Shown in pieces: positions 61,415 to 64,000 of a DNA stretch of 64,000 nt. Numbering within the stretch: the first letter of the stretch is position 1; the number at the start of each line of letters is the position of its first letter. The position numbers and the translations under genes are program-made. The notes under the pieces were generated by a model that was given only the letters and a program-made list of their open reading frames with translations, was not told the DNA's origin and did no database searches. Source of the stretch: the human T2T-CHM13v2.0 reference genome, Homo sapiens; assembly GCF_009914755.1 (NCBI RefSeq), contig NC_060933.1; one strand, given 5' to 3'.

Positions 61415-63762
61415 TGTCCAAGCTTGCTTAGGTAAACAAAGCAGCCGGGAAGCTCAAACTGGGTGGAGCCCACCACAGCTCAAGGAAGCCTGCCGGCCTC
61501 TGTAGGCTCCACCTCTGGGGGCAGGGCACAGACAAAAAGACAGCAGTAACCTCTGCAGACTTAAATGTCCCTGTCTGACAGCTTTGAAGAGAGCAGTGAT
61601 TCTCCCAGCACGCAGCTGGAGATCTGAGAACAGGCAGACTGCCTCCTCAAGTGGGTCCCTGACCCCTAATCCCCGAGCAGCCTAACTGGGAGGCACCCCC
61701 CAGTAGGGGCAGACTGACACCTCACATGGCCAGTTACTCCTCTGAGACAAAACTTCCAGAGGAACGATCAGACAGCAGCATTCGTGGTTCACGAGAATCC
61801 GCTGTTCTGCAGCCACCGCTGCTGATACCCAGGCAAACAGGGTCTGGAGTGGACCTCTAGCAAAGGATTATAAATCATGCTGCTATAAAGACACATGCAC
61901 ATGTATGTTTATTGCGGCACTATTCACAATAGCAAAGACTTGGAACCAACCCAAATGTCCAACAATGATAGACTAGATTAAGAAAATGTGGCACATATAC
62001 ACCATGGAATACTATGCAGCCATAAAAAATGATGAGTTCATGTCCTTTGTTGGGACATGGATGAAATTGGAAATCATCATTCTCAGTAAACTATCGCAAG
62101 GACAAAAAACCAAACACCGCATGTTCTCACTCATAGGTGGGAACTGAACAAAGAGAACACATGGACACAGGAAGGGGAACATCACACTCTGGGGACTGTT
62201 GTGGGGTGGAGGGAGGAGGGAGGGATAGCATTAGGAGATATACCTAATGTTAAATGACGAGTTAATGGGTGCAGCACACCAGCATGGCACATGTATACAT
62301 ATGTAACTAACCTGCATAATGTGCACATGTAGACTAAAACTTAAAGTATAATAATAAAAAAAAAAAAATCAATCTCTAAAACTACTCCAATAAAACTTTG
62401 GGGAAACACTCCAGGATATTGGAGTTGGCAAAGATTTCTTGAGTAATACACCATAAGCACAGGCAACCAAAGCAAAAATGGAAAAATGAGATTGTATCCA
62501 TTTTAAAAACTTCTGTACATCAAAGGAAACAATCAACAAAGTGAAAAGACAGCTCATAGAAATTGAGAAAATACTTGCAAACTACGCATCTGACAAGGGA
62601 TTAATAACCAGAATATATAAGGAGTTCAAACAACTCTATAGGAAAAAATCGAATAATCAAATTAAATGAGCAAAAGATTTGAATAGACATTTCTCAAAAG
62701 AAAAAATATAAATGGCAAACAGGCATATGAAAATATACTGAACATCATTGGTTATCAGAGCAATGCAAAGCAAACCTACAATGAGCTAACATCCCACCTC
62801 AGTTAAAATGGGTTTTATCTAAAAGGCAATAATAAACACTGGTGAGGATGTGAAGAAAAGGAAATCCTCGTACATTATTACTGCAAATGTAAATTAATAC
62901 AATCACTATGAAGAACAGTTTGGAGTTCCTCAAAAAAATAAAAATTGAACTACAATATGATCCAGCAATTCCACTGCTAGGTATGTACCCAAAAGAAAAA
63001 AATCAGTATATCAAAGAGATTTCTGCACTCCCATGTTTATTGCAGCAATATTCACAATAGCCAAGATTTGGAAGAAATCTAAGTATCTGTCAACAGACTA
63101 ATGGATAAAATATGGTGCGTATACACAATGGAGCACTATTTAGCCATAAAAAAGACAGTATGTTGAGTGAAATAACTCAGGCACAGAAAGACAAACTTGG
63201 CATGTTGTCATTTATTTTTGGGAGCTAAAAATTAAAACAATTGAATTTATGGAGAAAAAGAGTGGAACGATGTTTACCAGAGGTTAGGAAGGGTAGTGGT
63301 GGTGGGCGGGGAGCGGGGTGGGGGAATAGGTACCAAAATATAGTTAGATAGAATGAACAAGCTCTAGGATTTGACAGCACAACACTGTTACTATGGTCAA
63401 CAATAATTTATTGTACATTTAAAAATAACTAAGAGTATAATTGGACTGTTTGTAACACACACAAAAAATGATAAATGCTTAAGGTGCTGGATACCCCATT
63501 TACCCTGATGTAATTATTATGCATTGTATGCCTGTATCAAAATATCTCATGTACCCCATAAATATATCTACACCTACTATGTACCAACAGTTTTTTTAGA
63601 AAAAGAAAATGAGAGGATGCAGGGAGGAACAGCTTTTGAAATAGTACCTAAATACTTCGTATATTCCTAAGGAATCCCAAAGACCACCGTGTCTGAAAGG
63701 AACTGACAAATGTTGTATAATAAGTGCAGAGATCGTGCCCTTGTCAGCCAGCATATGGAGAG

Positions 63763-63803
63763 CATTACTGATCCTCAGCAAATCATTACTGATCCTCAGC
63801 AAA
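63763..63803. repeat. 21-bp-period tandem duplication
   Basis: cattactgatcctcagcaaa repeated perfectly at 63763 and 63784. Confidence 0.93.
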
Positions 63804-64000
63804 ATGTACTGTGACTGGGCCTAAAACCTGACCAGAATTTTCCATAGATGTGTGATGTTGGAGACAAGTTTGCAGCTCCACTTGGCAAATCACCTTTGAA
63901 AAGTGCAGTAGGTCACAGGTAGTGGGGCATAGGCTGCTCTGCTCTTTCTGAAGCAGAAAATAATTTTAAAAGTGCCAAGTTGTCACTCACAAAGGATGGG

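Larger units (their letters stand above)
60955..62368 (+). mobile_element. Internally deleted L1PA3/L1PA4: 5'UTR (60955-61864) fused to ORF2 end, 3'UTR and poly-A
   Basis: G-run start, caacatggccaaataggaacagctcc; junction ctctag-CAAA-ggattataaatcatgc; L1PA 3'UTR and A tail; 7-bp TSD tcaatct at 60947-60953 and 62369-62375. Confidence 0.95.

Noticed and set aside
61861-61868. Mini-L1 junction as an RNA splice junction
   Set aside because: An AG is available on the 3' side, but the 5' side continues ctcc in the consensus with no GT donor; microhomology explains it better.

Overview
AT-rich, CpG-poor primate (human-like) genomic DNA, intergenic or deep intronic. I found no protein-coding exon, RNA gene, CpG island or CRISPR array; the recognisable ORF-track entries are Alu- or L1-derived and the rest look like chance ORFs. 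The window is dominated by transposon fossils. These include 12 Alus (J, S and Y), L1s of many ages, MLT1/MST LTRs, MER1B, MER58A, a Tigger-type element, and L2 and MIR remnants. From about 42 kb onward it is an almost continuous, nested, plus-strand L1 stack. Three observations stand out. (1) A 1.4-kb L1PA3/4 mini-element has an almost complete promoter joined through a 4-bp microhomology directly to the ORF2 end, 3'UTR and poly(A). (2) A ~750-bp segment I cannot assign to any repeat family may be a very decayed periphilin (PPHLN1, HUSH subunit) retrocopy. (3) At least five local templated-insertion (fold-back) scars are present, one of them at an L1 deletion junction. Repeat subfamily names come from recalled consensus diagnostics, not a search, and boundaries of old elements are approximate.
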